From Gammaproteobacteria bacterium (GTDB lineage: Bacteria; Pseudomonadota; Gammaproteobacteria; CAJXQU01), in assembly GCA_045110495.1 (NCBI GenBank), contig JBGCGE010000010.1, positions 2,392-66,391 of the forward strand: DNA of 64,000 bases. The letters run 5' to 3'. Under the pieces are notes generated by a model. It was not told the DNA's origin. It ran no database searches and saw only the letters and a list, made by a program, of their open reading frames with translations. Positions 31,792 through 40,914 of this stretch are shown in pieces; position 1 is the first letter of the stretch; each line of letters begins with the position of its first letter. The translations under genes were made by a program, and so were the position numbers.

Positions 31792-32916
31792 TTAAAAAAG
31801 TAATGTATTTCTCGTCGTATTTTCCCACATTTCATCTCTAGTTAATTCCAATCCTTCGTAAATCACCTTCCCAAAAGTATCGTTGATGATGCATTTATCC
31901 TTGTCGTAAACATGGACATGTAAGCCTTTTTTTTGTGGTTGATTTGCAGTCCATACTATAGCGGGGGTTGAAACCCAAAGATCAAATTTATGGTTTTCAT
32001 ATTGATCTAAACAAAGTTCAGTGTCCGGAATTATAGAGTTACTTTTGTTAAATTGATCGTGCAATGGCTTCAAAGGTGTAGAGATGGCTTTATCTTTCGT
32101 CCAAACATTATCGTTTCCACAATTCCCACAGAAATGTTTCCGGTGTGGTTTTTCTGCATAATCTCCCAGATCGAGATGGGCGTGGTTACATTTTTTACAA
32201 GTCACACAAGATAGTTCTCTGCCTTCATCAACAGCGCGAACAAATTCAAATGCAGTTATTGAAGTTACTTGTATCTTTGTGATTTGTGGATTTGGAAGTG
32301 AAGTTGTTTGATCGTAATAAGAGCATATAAGTGCATCAAAATTAAGATCAATTTTTTGATCATTTTTAACTCGTTTTTCGACATGAATTTGTGGAGGTCT
32401 TTTTGGAATTTTGTCTGATGAAAGTGCGGGTGGGAGAGTGCACCGGATAATAATTTCCTTAAAATTTTTGAATTCTAAATCGTAGGGATTAATCACATAA
32501 CTCATCCGTTTCAGATGATTTTTACAACATAACTCACCAGACTCAAAAGCAGTCATAAAATCAGCTTTGGTTCCCCAGTGAGTTTGGTGTGTTTTGCAAT
32601 ACCAACGTTTCACACCATGTCTAAACTTACCAGCCGGAATGAACTGGCACGGAAGCACCACATCGACAGCTGATTTTTTACTTGTTGGATCAAAAATTTC
32701 CTCAGAACATAAAGCAATATTTCCGATCGTGTTGTTTTTCGACCAGCAGATTGCATCTGTTAGATGGTAGTCATCGTGTGAGAAATCTATTTCTTCTTCA
32801 TTACCGAGTATACGGATATATTTTTTTGTGGCTTTTTTCTGATCTTGACTGGACCATTTGCATTCCCAAACTTCGACTTGTTGGTTACGAGAATTAACTC
32901 TTCGAGATTGAAACAT
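31792..32916 (-). CDS. Hypothetical Cys/His-rich, probably multi-zinc-binding protein
   Basis: 374-aa ORF with CKTH, CKNH, CKKCNHAH, HFCGNC, HVH. Confidence 0.8.
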   Translation of the reverse strand: MFQSRRVNSRNQQVEVWECKWSSQDQKKATKKYIRILGNEEEIDFSHDDYHLTDAICWSKNNTIGNIALCSEEIFDPTSKKSAVDVVLPCQFIPAGKFRHGVKRWYCKTHQTHWGTKADFMTAFESGELCCKNHLKRMSYVINPYDLEFKNFKEIIIRCTLPPALSSDKIPKRPPQIHVEKRVKNDQKIDLNFDALICSYYDQTTSLPNPQITKIQVTSITAFEFVRAVDEGRELSCVTCKKCNHAHLDLGDYAEKPHRKHFCGNCGNDNVWTKDKAISTPLKPLHDQFNKSNSIIPDTELCLDQYENHKFDLWVSTPAIVWTANQPQKKGLHVHVYDKDKCIINDTFGKVIYEGLELTRDEMWENTTRNTLLF

Positions 32917-32964
32917 AGACGTGATGATTAGATCTTTTCATTACAGAAAATTTATTTATTGTTT

Positions 32965-34095
32965 TTAGCCAAACGAATTTGTTTCTCGATGCCAATTTAT
33001 TATATGAGAACCAGTGATATAGGTTGCGTTAATACTGGCTTGTTTTTGTAACTCTAAAGTGTCAGTTGCAATCAGTCCTAAGCTTGCCTGTGAGCCATAA
33101 GAGACGATGAAATATTTTCCATCAGTTGTAGCTGTGATCCCTCGAGGTCTTGGCAAGTTGATGTGCTTTTTAAACTGATTATTTTTCGTATCCCAAAAAC
33201 TAACTATGTCACCTTTTGGTGTTGTAACTGCAAAAGTTTTAGATGTTTCGTGGATCGCTGCACTTAATGTTTCACCTACGTAGCGATTTTTGATCTCTTC
33301 TGGAGCTTGCAGATTAATTATTTCACTTCCCATTTTTCGAAAGCTAACGCCACCAAGATCTGATCCAGGAAGTCCAGAGCGAGGAGCAGAAACTACGCCA
33401 AGATCCTGATTTTTTGAAAGGACTAAATGACCGGCATTAATACGTTGATCTGGCAGTTCTATTTTTTCAATTAACATGCCGCTTTCGACATCAACATAAC
33501 AGACGGAAGGTGAGTCAGTACTGTCTAATGTTCCGCCGCCATTTGTGATGGCTAATAATTTACCGTTATTAAAAAGATGACAGTCGTGAGGACTTTTACC
33601 ATAACTCGGAATTTCGCCAAGAATGTCTAATGATTTTGTATCTCTGATTGAAATTATTCCATCGTGATTATTCAGGTATGATTCCACAGCAAACAATAGT
33701 GATCCATCTTTAGAATAAGATCCATGTCCATAAAAATGACAGCCATTTGTGGGACTCATATAGCGAATGACTTGCTTAGTTTTTATATTTACTTCGCAAG
33801 CACCCGAACCTTTTTTTTGAAAAAGGAATAAGGTATTTTTGGATCGAGGATTAATACTTATACCATGCGCAAAAAAGTTTACCGAAATTTGTTCTGCAAC
33901 TGACTTTTTGAAATCATATAACGCCAAAACATACTTAGTTTTTTTCGTTTTAAGATCAATATACTGGCCACCACCTAAAATTAAATCAGTGCTTTTAGGG
34001 CGGCTTCCCGAAGAACATGACGAACCGAGATAAGCCAACGAAAGAAAAGATGTTTTGCTTAAATTTTTTAAAAATTCTCTTCTGTTAAATGGCAT
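32965..34095 (-). CDS. DUF1513-family Tat-exported beta-propeller (lipo)protein
   Basis: RREFLK Tat motif, FYGHG..S.DG..L, G..PH, A.TNGG. Confidence 0.8.
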   Translation of the reverse strand: MPFNRREFLKNLSKTSFLSLAYLGSSCSSGSRPKSTDLILGGGQYIDLKTKKTKYVLALYDFKKSVAEQISVNFFAHGISINPRSKNTLFLFQKKGSGACEVNIKTKQVIRYMSPTNGCHFYGHGSYSKDGSLLFAVESYLNNHDGIISIRDTKSLDILGEIPSYGKSPHDCHLFNNGKLLAITNGGGTLDSTDSPSVCYVDVESGMLIEKIELPDQRINAGHLVLSKNQDLGVVSAPRSGLPGSDLGGVSFRKMGSEIINLQAPEEIKNRYVGETLSAAIHETSKTFAVTTPKGDIVSFWDTKNNQFKKHINLPRPRGITATTDGKYFIVSYGSQASLGLIATDTLELQKQASINATYITGSHIINWHRETNSFG

Positions 34096-34133
34096 GATAG
34101 TTTATGAAACTTTTGAAATTTATTTTTAAATAT

Positions 34134-34565
34134 TTAGATTTTTTGTTTCTTCCAGATCTCAGTTCGTCCAAATAATGAGAAACCAATATAACCTCTAATC
34201 TCAAGAGTGTTGCTATCAGTAAGTTTCATTTTGCAATTATACTTTTTGCCATTATTTGGATCGTAAATCCAACCATCGAGCCAGTAATTTGGATGTTGAT
34301 AAGTAAAGTCACCCAGCACAACAACGTTTAATAATGAGCGGGTTTTTAAAGTTGGATCTGGGTTGTTGACATCCAACCTGTCTTTACCGTCAGTACTGCC
34401 AACAATTGCACCGCGGTAGAGGTTTTGTGTTTTAGTAATTTCTATCAGACCATCACCAGCTTGATTTACCCAGACACCGAGGATATCTGCCTCTGTTACA
34501 GCGCGAGCGGCGCTCATTGTGAGCTGGCCCAGGATGATGAGTGAAATATAAATTAGCCGCTTCAT
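34134..34565 (-). CDS. DUF2147 secreted protein
   Basis: Signal peptide, D.NNPD, G.IYDP.NGK.Y, L.IRGYIG...FGRT..W. Confidence 0.9.
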   Translation of the reverse strand: MKRLIYISLIILGQLTMSAARAVTEADILGVWVNQAGDGLIEITKTQNLYRGAIVGSTDGKDRLDVNNPDPTLKTRSLLNVVVLGDFTYQHPNYWLDGWIYDPNNGKKYNCKMKLTDSNTLEIRGYIGFSLFGRTEIWKKQKI

Positions 34566-34620
34566 TTATTATGCTCTCTGATTTTTTGTTTAAGGCCAAT
34601 GGAAATATGCCTGGTTTGTT

Positions 34621-34643
34621 ATCACAGATAAAAAATCTGTGAT
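34621..34643. promoter_or_regulatory. Perfect palindrome upstream of the DUF2147 gene (candidate operator)
   Basis: ATCACAGAT-AAAAA-ATCTGTGAT. Confidence 0.4.
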
Positions 34644-34787
34644 GTTTGTACTTGGAATCATAACTTACATAATGTCTCGAACATATAGTTCAATACATTT
34701 ATCCATTTTAAAAACTGATCGGTATCTAAGATTATTACTAATGTGAGTGGATTACGTCTTAAAAGAGAAAATGAAAGAATCGAGCAC

Positions 34788-34823
34788 AAAAAAGCCTCAT
34801 CTGATTTATTCCAGATGAGGCTT
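34788..34823 (-). terminator. Intrinsic terminator of the PEP-CTERM-like gene
   Basis: AAGCCTCATCTG-N8-CAGATGAGGCTT, followed by a T-run on the minus strand. Confidence 0.85.
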
Positions 34824-34847
34824 AGTGTTTATTAATTAATCAGTGGT

Positions 34848-35633
34848 TTATTTGTCAGATTGTTTTTTAAATCGACGTCTTGCTACCATACCGAACAGGC
34901 CGATACTTGCTAAAGCTAAAGTGCCTGACTCTGAAACGTTAACTGGCGGTACGGGTGGTGTCAGAGGTGGGTTAGAAACCTGTGCCCTTAGGCCATTCAT
35001 TCGGCTGTCATAAGTACTCCAACCAGAATTACTATACCCAAAAGAAGCAAGTGATCCGTTTGCGTTATAGGTTGGGTCGCCATCTGTTTTTACCGCATAA
35101 AGCCATATGCCCATAGTTTCACCAAAACCCAGGCCAGTCCAATCTCCACCTGCAAAATTGTTAATCTTGCTTGCATCAATATCAAAGCTGAAGGTGGTTT
35201 GATTAGCAATAGATGTATCCGTTTCGAATTTACCACCGAAAGATTCAATGAAAGCACTGTTAGCGTAACTATTTTTACCAGCGTATTTATAAGCTGAAAT
35301 GTTGCCACTCTTTGAATCAGCGTAGAGCATGGCAAAATTACTACCAGAATTTCCACTTCCTAAAACGAGAGTCATACCGTTTGCAAGCGCACTTCCGTTA
35401 GAATTCACGGTATATTTCATCGAAAACGCATTGGTATCTGAATCAAAGCTTGTATTCACAGCTGAGATATCCCCAGCATTTTTATGTAGTACTAGTGGTG
35501 TAGTGTTTTTTGTAACAGCAGAATTTTTATCGTCATAAGTATATGTCGTGGCTTGTGCTGTTGAAGCAAGTGTAAGACCAGTTAATACAGAAACGGTAAA
35601 AATAGTTTTTGTGAAAGATTTTGAAAGATTCAT
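34848..35633 (-). CDS. Secreted Ser/Thr/Asn-rich protein with PEP-CTERM-like sorting signal
   Basis: Signal peptide (AQA), Pro-rich linker, VSESGT-hydrophobic helix-RRR. Confidence 0.8.
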   Translation of the reverse strand: MNLSKSFTKTIFTVSVLTGLTLASTAQATTYTYDDKNSAVTKNTTPLVLHKNAGDISAVNTSFDSDTNAFSMKYTVNSNGSALANGMTLVLGSGNSGSNFAMLYADSKSGNISAYKYAGKNSYANSAFIESFGGKFETDTSIANQTTFSFDIDASKINNFAGGDWTGLGFGETMGIWLYAVKTDGDPTYNANGSLASFGYSNSGWSTYDSRMNGLRAQVSNPPLTPPVPPVNVSESGTLALASIGLFGMVARRRFKKQSDK

Positions 35634-35637
35634 TTTT

Positions 35638-35688
35638 TACTCCTCCTTGAGTAATGAAATGTGTATAGCTTTGTAGTGCATCCTTGCA
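35638..35688 (-). promoter_or_regulatory. Two CsrA/RsmA-type GGA-loop hairpins in the 5' leader
   Basis: Minus strand TGCA-AGGA-TGCA (35688-35677) and TACTC-AAGGAG-GAGTA (35653-35638) covering the SD. Confidence 0.55.
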
Positions 35689-35944
35689 ACAGGGTCAAAG
35701 CATAAACGAAATATTCGCTTGGTCAACTAATTGACAGTAATGCTTTGTTAAGCCTTGTCACATAAAATTAATGACGCTATTAAAAGAAAGATCAGGTTTA
35801 GTGAGCTTGTTACTTATATCGGCTTGCTTAGACCCTATCTTTACGTCAATTTTAGATGACTGGGTATCACTTTAGATAGAAAAACTGTATCGATTAGCTA
35901 TTTCGTAGCTCATTTAGGTACCACAGATAGTTCAATTTAATTTT

Positions 35945-37627
35945 CTAAGACATATATTGATCTTTATGAGCTGCTAGTTGTTGTTGAATAAGTTCACCAT
36001 CGATTTTTAATAATGTTAAAACTTGCCTGCTGATCAACATACTTGATTCAAGCATTTCGAGGAAAACATGATTTGCACCAAGAGAAAGTAGTTCCTGAAA
36101 ATTTGCATTTTCTGAGCAACGAACAATGACCGGTATATCAGGATTATTCTTACGGATTTTAGAAATGGTAGTTTTTGCATGCTCCAGCGATTTAAAAGTG
36201 AGAACAGCAAGGCGTGCCTCAGTTAAGTGACAACGCATCAGGAGGTCTATATTAGTACAATCGCCATACTGTAGATTTTTCCCTAGCTTCAGACTTTGAT
36301 TGACTTGTTCGATATTATTATCGATAGCGATGTAAGGGATCTCGTTCTGCTCGAGTAATTCGGCAATTGTCATTCCAACCCGACCAAACCCACCAATAAT
36401 GACGTGATCTGAATGATGTTTGTCACTCAGTTTAATTGTATGACCCTCCTTTTTAATGGTGAGAAATCTAAAGAATTTATCTGTTAACAGATCAGCATTG
36501 CGTATCAAAACTGGACTTAATGCCATGGTGAAAATGGCAATTAGAATAATGAATGAACTCTGATCTAATGGGATAACACCATTTAAATAAGCTAGTGACA
36601 TTAGCGCTAGACAAAACTCACCAGCTTGCGCTAACGTTAATCCGACTCTAATTGCATCCTCATCACCGAATCCCATCGCTTTTACAACTAGCGTGACCAC
36701 GACAGTTTTGATCAAAATTAACAATAGCGTAAACAAAATGATCCGTGGCCAATATTCGATCAGCAAACCAAGATCCAGACTCATACCAATCGTGACAAAA
36801 AATAAGCCAAGTAAAATATCTTTAAAAGGGCGAATATCATTTTCTATTTGGTATTTAAATGAACCTTCTCCCAGCATCATACCGGTAACAAACCCACCCA
36901 ATGCCATAGAAAGATGAAAGCTATGTGTTAACCAGGCGGCTAATAAAACGATCACTAATGTACTGAGAACAAAAATTTCTTCTGATTTACTCAAGGCAAC
37001 TTCTTTGTAAATCAGCGGCAATACCCATTTGCCTAAAACCATCAAAATACTGAACAAGACAACCCCACGCAAAATGGCGGAAGCTAACTCCATGGCCAAT
37101 GAGTTTTCACCTTGGTTTGCAAGCACAGGAACCATGATCAAAAAGATTACCGCTACCAGGTCCTGAAATAACAGAACGCCTATAGCGAGTTTACCGTGTT
37201 GATTGTGGAGCTGGTGGGTATTTACTAACTCTCTGGTCACAATTGCCGTTGAAGAAAGTGCAAGAGCTCCAGCAATAAGAACCGCAGAAGAAGGTGTACT
37301 TCCCCAAAAATAGACTGTTGTACCAAAAACGATTGTACAGGCTAATACCTGGACGCCACCGACACCAAAAACCAGAAACTTTAGAGACAACATTTTCGGC
37401 AGACTGAATTCCAGACCCAGCGAAAACAATAAAAAAACAACACCGAACTCAGCGATCAAAGAAAAGCTTTCAGGTGTAGAGACAAAATTAAATGCTTGAG
37501 GCCCAATAGCTGCGCCAACCGCCATATAGGCAATAATCGTCGACATTTTTAGCCGTTGGAAAAAAATTGCAGCCAGCAGTGAAAATGTCATTATGACAAT
37601 GAGTTGTTGGAAAAAACCTTCAGTCAT
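35945..37627 (-). CDS. CPA2/Kef-type cation:proton antiporter with TrkA-N domain
   Basis: AEFGVVFLLFSLGLE, LSSTAIV, LLFQD, GFGRVG. Confidence 0.92.
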   Translation of the reverse strand: MTEGFFQQLIVIMTFSLLAAIFFQRLKMSTIIAYMAVGAAIGPQAFNFVSTPESFSLIAEFGVVFLLFSLGLEFSLPKMLSLKFLVFGVGGVQVLACTIVFGTTVYFWGSTPSSAVLIAGALALSSTAIVTRELVNTHQLHNQHGKLAIGVLLFQDLVAVIFLIMVPVLANQGENSLAMELASAILRGVVLFSILMVLGKWVLPLIYKEVALSKSEEIFVLSTLVIVLLAAWLTHSFHLSMALGGFVTGMMLGEGSFKYQIENDIRPFKDILLGLFFVTIGMSLDLGLLIEYWPRIILFTLLLILIKTVVVTLVVKAMGFGDEDAIRVGLTLAQAGEFCLALMSLAYLNGVIPLDQSSFIILIAIFTMALSPVLIRNADLLTDKFFRFLTIKKEGHTIKLSDKHHSDHVIIGGFGRVGMTIAELLEQNEIPYIAIDNNIEQVNQSLKLGKNLQYGDCTNIDLLMRCHLTEARLAVLTFKSLEHAKTTISKIRKNNPDIPVIVRCSENANFQELLSLGANHVFLEMLESSMLISRQVLTLLKIDGELIQQQLAAHKDQYMS

Positions 37628-37771
37628 AAGTTTTCAAATTCCATAATCTTGGAATCAAATTTGTAGTCCTAGTCTGTTCTCATGAAGTGCCAAGCCTACC
37701 TGAAAAGATCATTGTATAAATGCAAATTGAATGTACTTAAGAATAAGGATAGCGCCTCAGATATTACCCCT

Positions 37772-38392
37772 TTATTTAAGCCATTCCAAAGCAAGCCCCG
37801 GTGTATCCTTCAAGTTATGTGGCGACTGTTTATTCTGCATAAACTGAATCCATTGCTGCCAGAGTTTCGCGATCGAAATACTTTTCGATAGTCTTTCAGT
37901 TAAGATAATCTCATCACCCGCTTGAACTATCCCTTCTTGAACGACTCGATAATACCAACCAGTAATGTGATGTTGCATGAGAAGGTTAACCAAATGACCA
38001 TTGCCATATTTGTGATTGACTTTCCAACATGGGCGTCGGGGTTGAGAGACCTGGATGATCGCGGAACCAACAGAAAAAGTATCACCAATATGAACATTCT
38101 TTTCTGAAAAATTCTCGGACGAAAAATTTTCACCAATCGTACCCGGTAGAAACTTCTCGGCTAGATGTGGGAGAGCTTCCTTAAGTAGTTCATAATTTTC
38201 CACAGCGTAATGATGTACTGCTTTATCCAGGCCACCATGAACTTGTTGATCAGCCTGAAAGTCACCTTCCAAACCCAGATCTGTTAATCGTATTGGATCC
38301 GATACCGGAGTTTTGAAAATACCAGTGGGTACATCGTCTGGCCCTATGACATTTGTTTCTGCGATGAGAATTTTATTGATGATGGATTGCAT
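37772..38392 (-). CDS. MOSC domain protein (YiiM-like)
   Basis: GD.QAD...HGG.DKA, GENF, SQPR.PCWK, TGWYYRV. Confidence 0.9.
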   Translation of the reverse strand: MQSIINKILIAETNVIGPDDVPTGIFKTPVSDPIRLTDLGLEGDFQADQQVHGGLDKAVHHYAVENYELLKEALPHLAEKFLPGTIGENFSSENFSEKNVHIGDTFSVGSAIIQVSQPRRPCWKVNHKYGNGHLVNLLMQHHITGWYYRVVQEGIVQAGDEIILTERLSKSISIAKLWQQWIQFMQNKQSPHNLKDTPGLALEWLK

Positions 38393-38512
38393 TATCTGAT
38401 CCAGATATAAAGATATGTAATATTGTAACTAACCCTTTAAGCTAAAGATATTACAGGTAAAAAGATCAGTAATGAATCAAATAGATGCACTGCAAAATTA
38501 CATAAAGTAGAG

Positions 38513-39028
38513 TCAATTTTTTACAGCTGTAATTTGAGGATTCCCCAAAAAAATGTGAGGGCATTTAGTGGTTACTAACTTTACTTTTTGAATATCTATT
38601 GTAATTTGACCCAGTTTGGTTAATGCATTCAAGCCGATCAAATTACGTGTAGCTCCATTCACGACAGCGATTTCAACTGGACCCACATCACATCCATTTG
38701 CTAAGACGAGAGAAGGAAGAATATAAGTCGGAATTGTTTTCATACTGCCGCTAGCCATTCTCGCCATAATTTTACCATTAGAAATTGGCTTCTGAAATTT
38801 ACTAATTTGTTTGAAAAGTTTTTTCCCTATCATCACCATCGAAGCTCCTGTATCGAATAGAAATTCTGCTTCGAGAGAAGGTGTTATGTTTGCAGAAAGA
38901 GTGTACGTGCCAGACGAAGTCGCATGCAACTCAACATCATATTGGAGTGTTGGCTCTGCAAAAACATTACTTGCTAATAATAGCATTAGTAAAGTGGTGA
39001 GTATTTGTTTCAGTATGGTAATTTTCAT
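38513..39028 (-). CDS. Secreted retropepsin-like (clan AA) aspartyl protease
   Basis: Signal peptide (VFA), FLFDTGAS, LIGLNAL. Confidence 0.88.
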   Translation of the reverse strand: MKITILKQILTTLLMLLLASNVFAEPTLQYDVELHATSSGTYTLSANITPSLEAEFLFDTGASMVMIGKKLFKQISKFQKPISNGKIMARMASGSMKTIPTYILPSLVLANGCDVGPVEIAVVNGATRNLIGLNALTKLGQITIDIQKVKLVTTKCPHIFLGNPQITAVKN

Positions 39029-39058
39029 AGTAGCTGATGAGTAATTTACAGTGAACAA

Positions 39059-39074
39059 TGCAGTTATCAGGCCA
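39059..39074 (-). promoter_or_regulatory. sigma54 (-24/-12) promoter facing the protease gene
   Basis: Minus strand TGGCCTGATAACTGCA (GG-N10-GC). Confidence 0.65.
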
Positions 39075-39137
39075 ACTAACAGGTGCGATAAATATCGTTA
39101 TAAAACAATAGCATATAAATTATTATCTTGGATTGCA

Positions 39138-39189
39138 CGCACTCTAATAGTGCATTGTATTTAATAACGCACTAATGAAGTGCGTTATT
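39138..39189. promoter_or_regulatory. Tandem NtrC-type enhancer sites
   Basis: Two GCAC-N7-GTGC sites (39139-39153, 39169-39183), 30 bp apart; the second lies within an 11-bp perfect palindrome. Confidence 0.7.
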
Positions 39190-39258
39190 GATTGAAAATT
39201 AGAATGTTTTTGGTATTATTTAATCTACAGATAATTAAAACTAATCAGGAGAGGAATA

Positions 39259-39609
39259 ATGAAAATTATAAAAGTGTTCGTTGCAATTCTCAGTCTGGGT
39301 TATTTTATCCCAGCGAGTGCGGATAATAATCAGGAAATGACTCGCGTATGGCAAACAGATATTTCTGGCAAGCCACCATATAAGCGCAAGATGGTACAAG
39401 TCCCTGTCGTGGATTTAGCTAGCTTTGAAACAAAGAAAACCAAGGCGGTCAATAGTGCAGATTTTAGCGGAAAACCTCCGTACAAACGCAACAAGGAAAC
39501 AGTTCGTATAGTCGATCTGGCTCAATTTGAAGCGATAAACGAGAAAGTTGAATCTGCCACCAGCAAGAAAAAATTTGTTCCAGCACCGCGGCGGATGAAA
39601 CAAAGGTAA
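39259..39609 (+). CDS. Small secreted protein with a duplicated D.SGKPPYKR motif
   Basis: Signal peptide (ASA), GGAGAGG RBS, two ~31-aa repeats. Confidence 0.8.
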   Translation: MKIIKVFVAILSLGYFIPASADNNQEMTRVWQTDISGKPPYKRKMVQVPVVDLASFETKKTKAVNSADFSGKPPYKRNKETVRIVDLAQFEAINEKVESATSKKKFVPAPRRMKQR

Positions 39610-39627
39610 CTTTTTTTGAAAAAGGTG

Positions 39628-39674
39628 ATGGGGTCAGGTGCAATAACGCATTAGAGATAAGCACCTGATCCCAT
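39628..39674. repeat. GGGGTCAG-type inverted repeat (hairpin)
   Basis: ATGGGGTCAGGTGC-N19-GCACCTGATCCCAT, 13/14 complementary. Confidence 0.7.
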
Positions 39675-39708
39675 ACAGAACGTACGGGGGGGGGTATTCG
39701 GGTTTTTT

Positions 39709-40842
39709 TTAACCACCTAACACCGATAGTAATATACCAGCAGCAACAGCAGACCCAATGACACCGGCCAAATTTGGCCCAATTGCATGCATCAATAAGA
39801 AGTTATGTGGATTAGCTTCAAGTCCTACTTTATTAGCAACACGGGCAGCCATTGGTACAGCTGAAACACCTGCGGCTCCAATCAAAGGATTAATTGGGTT
39901 TTTAGAAAGTTTGTTCAGCAATTTAGCCATTAACACGCCGGTTGCTGTGCCTATACAAAATGCCACTGCGCCAAGTGCTAAAATGCCGAGTGTCTCAACA
40001 TTCAAAAATTTGTCAGCTGACATTTTTGAACCAACCGCTAAGCCCAAGAAAATCGTAACGATATTCATGAGTTCGTTTTGCGCCGCGTTGCTTAAACGTT
40101 CAACTACACCACTGACTTTAAGAATGTTACCAAAGCACAGCATACCGATGAGTGGCAATGATGCTGGGATGAACAATGCGGTGACGGCCAATACAATAAA
40201 TGGAAACAATAATTGTTCAAGCTTGCTGACTTCGCGCAATTGCTCCATTTTAATTTCACGCTCTTTTTGGGTAGTTAGGGCGCGCATGATTGGTGGTTGA
40301 ATGATCGGCACAAGTGCCATATATGAATATGCGGCTACTGCGATGGCGCCGAGCAACTCGGGTGCTAGTCGACTAGCAAGAAAAATAGCAGTAGGACCAT
40401 CTGCGCCACCAATAATGGCAATAGCCGCAGCGTCTTGCATAGTGAAATCAAAGCCTGGTATAGCATTGAGTGCAATTGCGCCAATCAGGGTCGCAAAAAT
40501 ACCCACTTGTGCTGCTGCACCAAGTAACAATGTTCTGGGGTTGGCTATCAGAGCACTAAAATCAGTCATTGCACCAACGCCCATGAAAATCAATAGTGGA
40601 AATACACCGGTTTCGATACCGACTTTATAAATCAGATAGAGCAAACCGTTTATTTCGGCCATGCCAGCAATGGGGATATTGCTCAAGATGGTACCAAAAC
40701 CAATGGGCAACAATAATAAGGGTTCAAACTTTCTCTTAATAGCGAGGTAAATCAGGACAACACCAACAACAACCATAATTAGTTGTTGCCATTCCCAGTT
40801 AACGAAACCGGATTGTCCCCAGAGTTTTAAAATACCATCCAT
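39709..40842 (-). CDS. oadB: Na+-translocating oxaloacetate decarboxylase beta subunit
   Basis: [39 protein letters not shown]. Confidence 0.96.
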   Translation of the reverse strand: MDGILKLWGQSGFVNWEWQQLIMVVVGVVLIYLAIKRKFEPLLLLPIGFGTILSNIPIAGMAEINGLLYLIYKVGIETGVFPLLIFMGVGAMTDFSALIANPRTLLLGAAAQVGIFATLIGAIALNAIPGFDFTMQDAAAIAIIGGADGPTAIFLASRLAPELLGAIAVAAYSYMALVPIIQPPIMRALTTQKEREIKMEQLREVSKLEQLLFPFIVLAVTALFIPASLPLIGMLCFGNILKVSGVVERLSNAAQNELMNIVTIFLGLAVGSKMSADKFLNVETLGILALGAVAFCIGTATGVLMAKLLNKLSKNPINPLIGAAGVSAVPMAARVANKVGLEANPHNFLLMHAIGPNLAGVIGSAVAAGILLSVLGG

Positions 40843-40914
40843 ATTTATTCTCGTGTAATGTTTTCTGTTCCTTAACGTGAGTTCTGGATACTGATTAGTT
40901 TGGCGTAAAAAGGA

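Noticed and set aside
39686-39694. G9 homopolymer as a phase-variation tract
   Set aside because: It lies between two convergent stop codons, so a length change would not affect a reading frame or promoter.
39758-40630. Long plus-strand ORFs (180 and 109 aa) opposite oadB
   Set aside because: Antisense shadows of a conserved membrane-protein gene, with no motifs or RBS.
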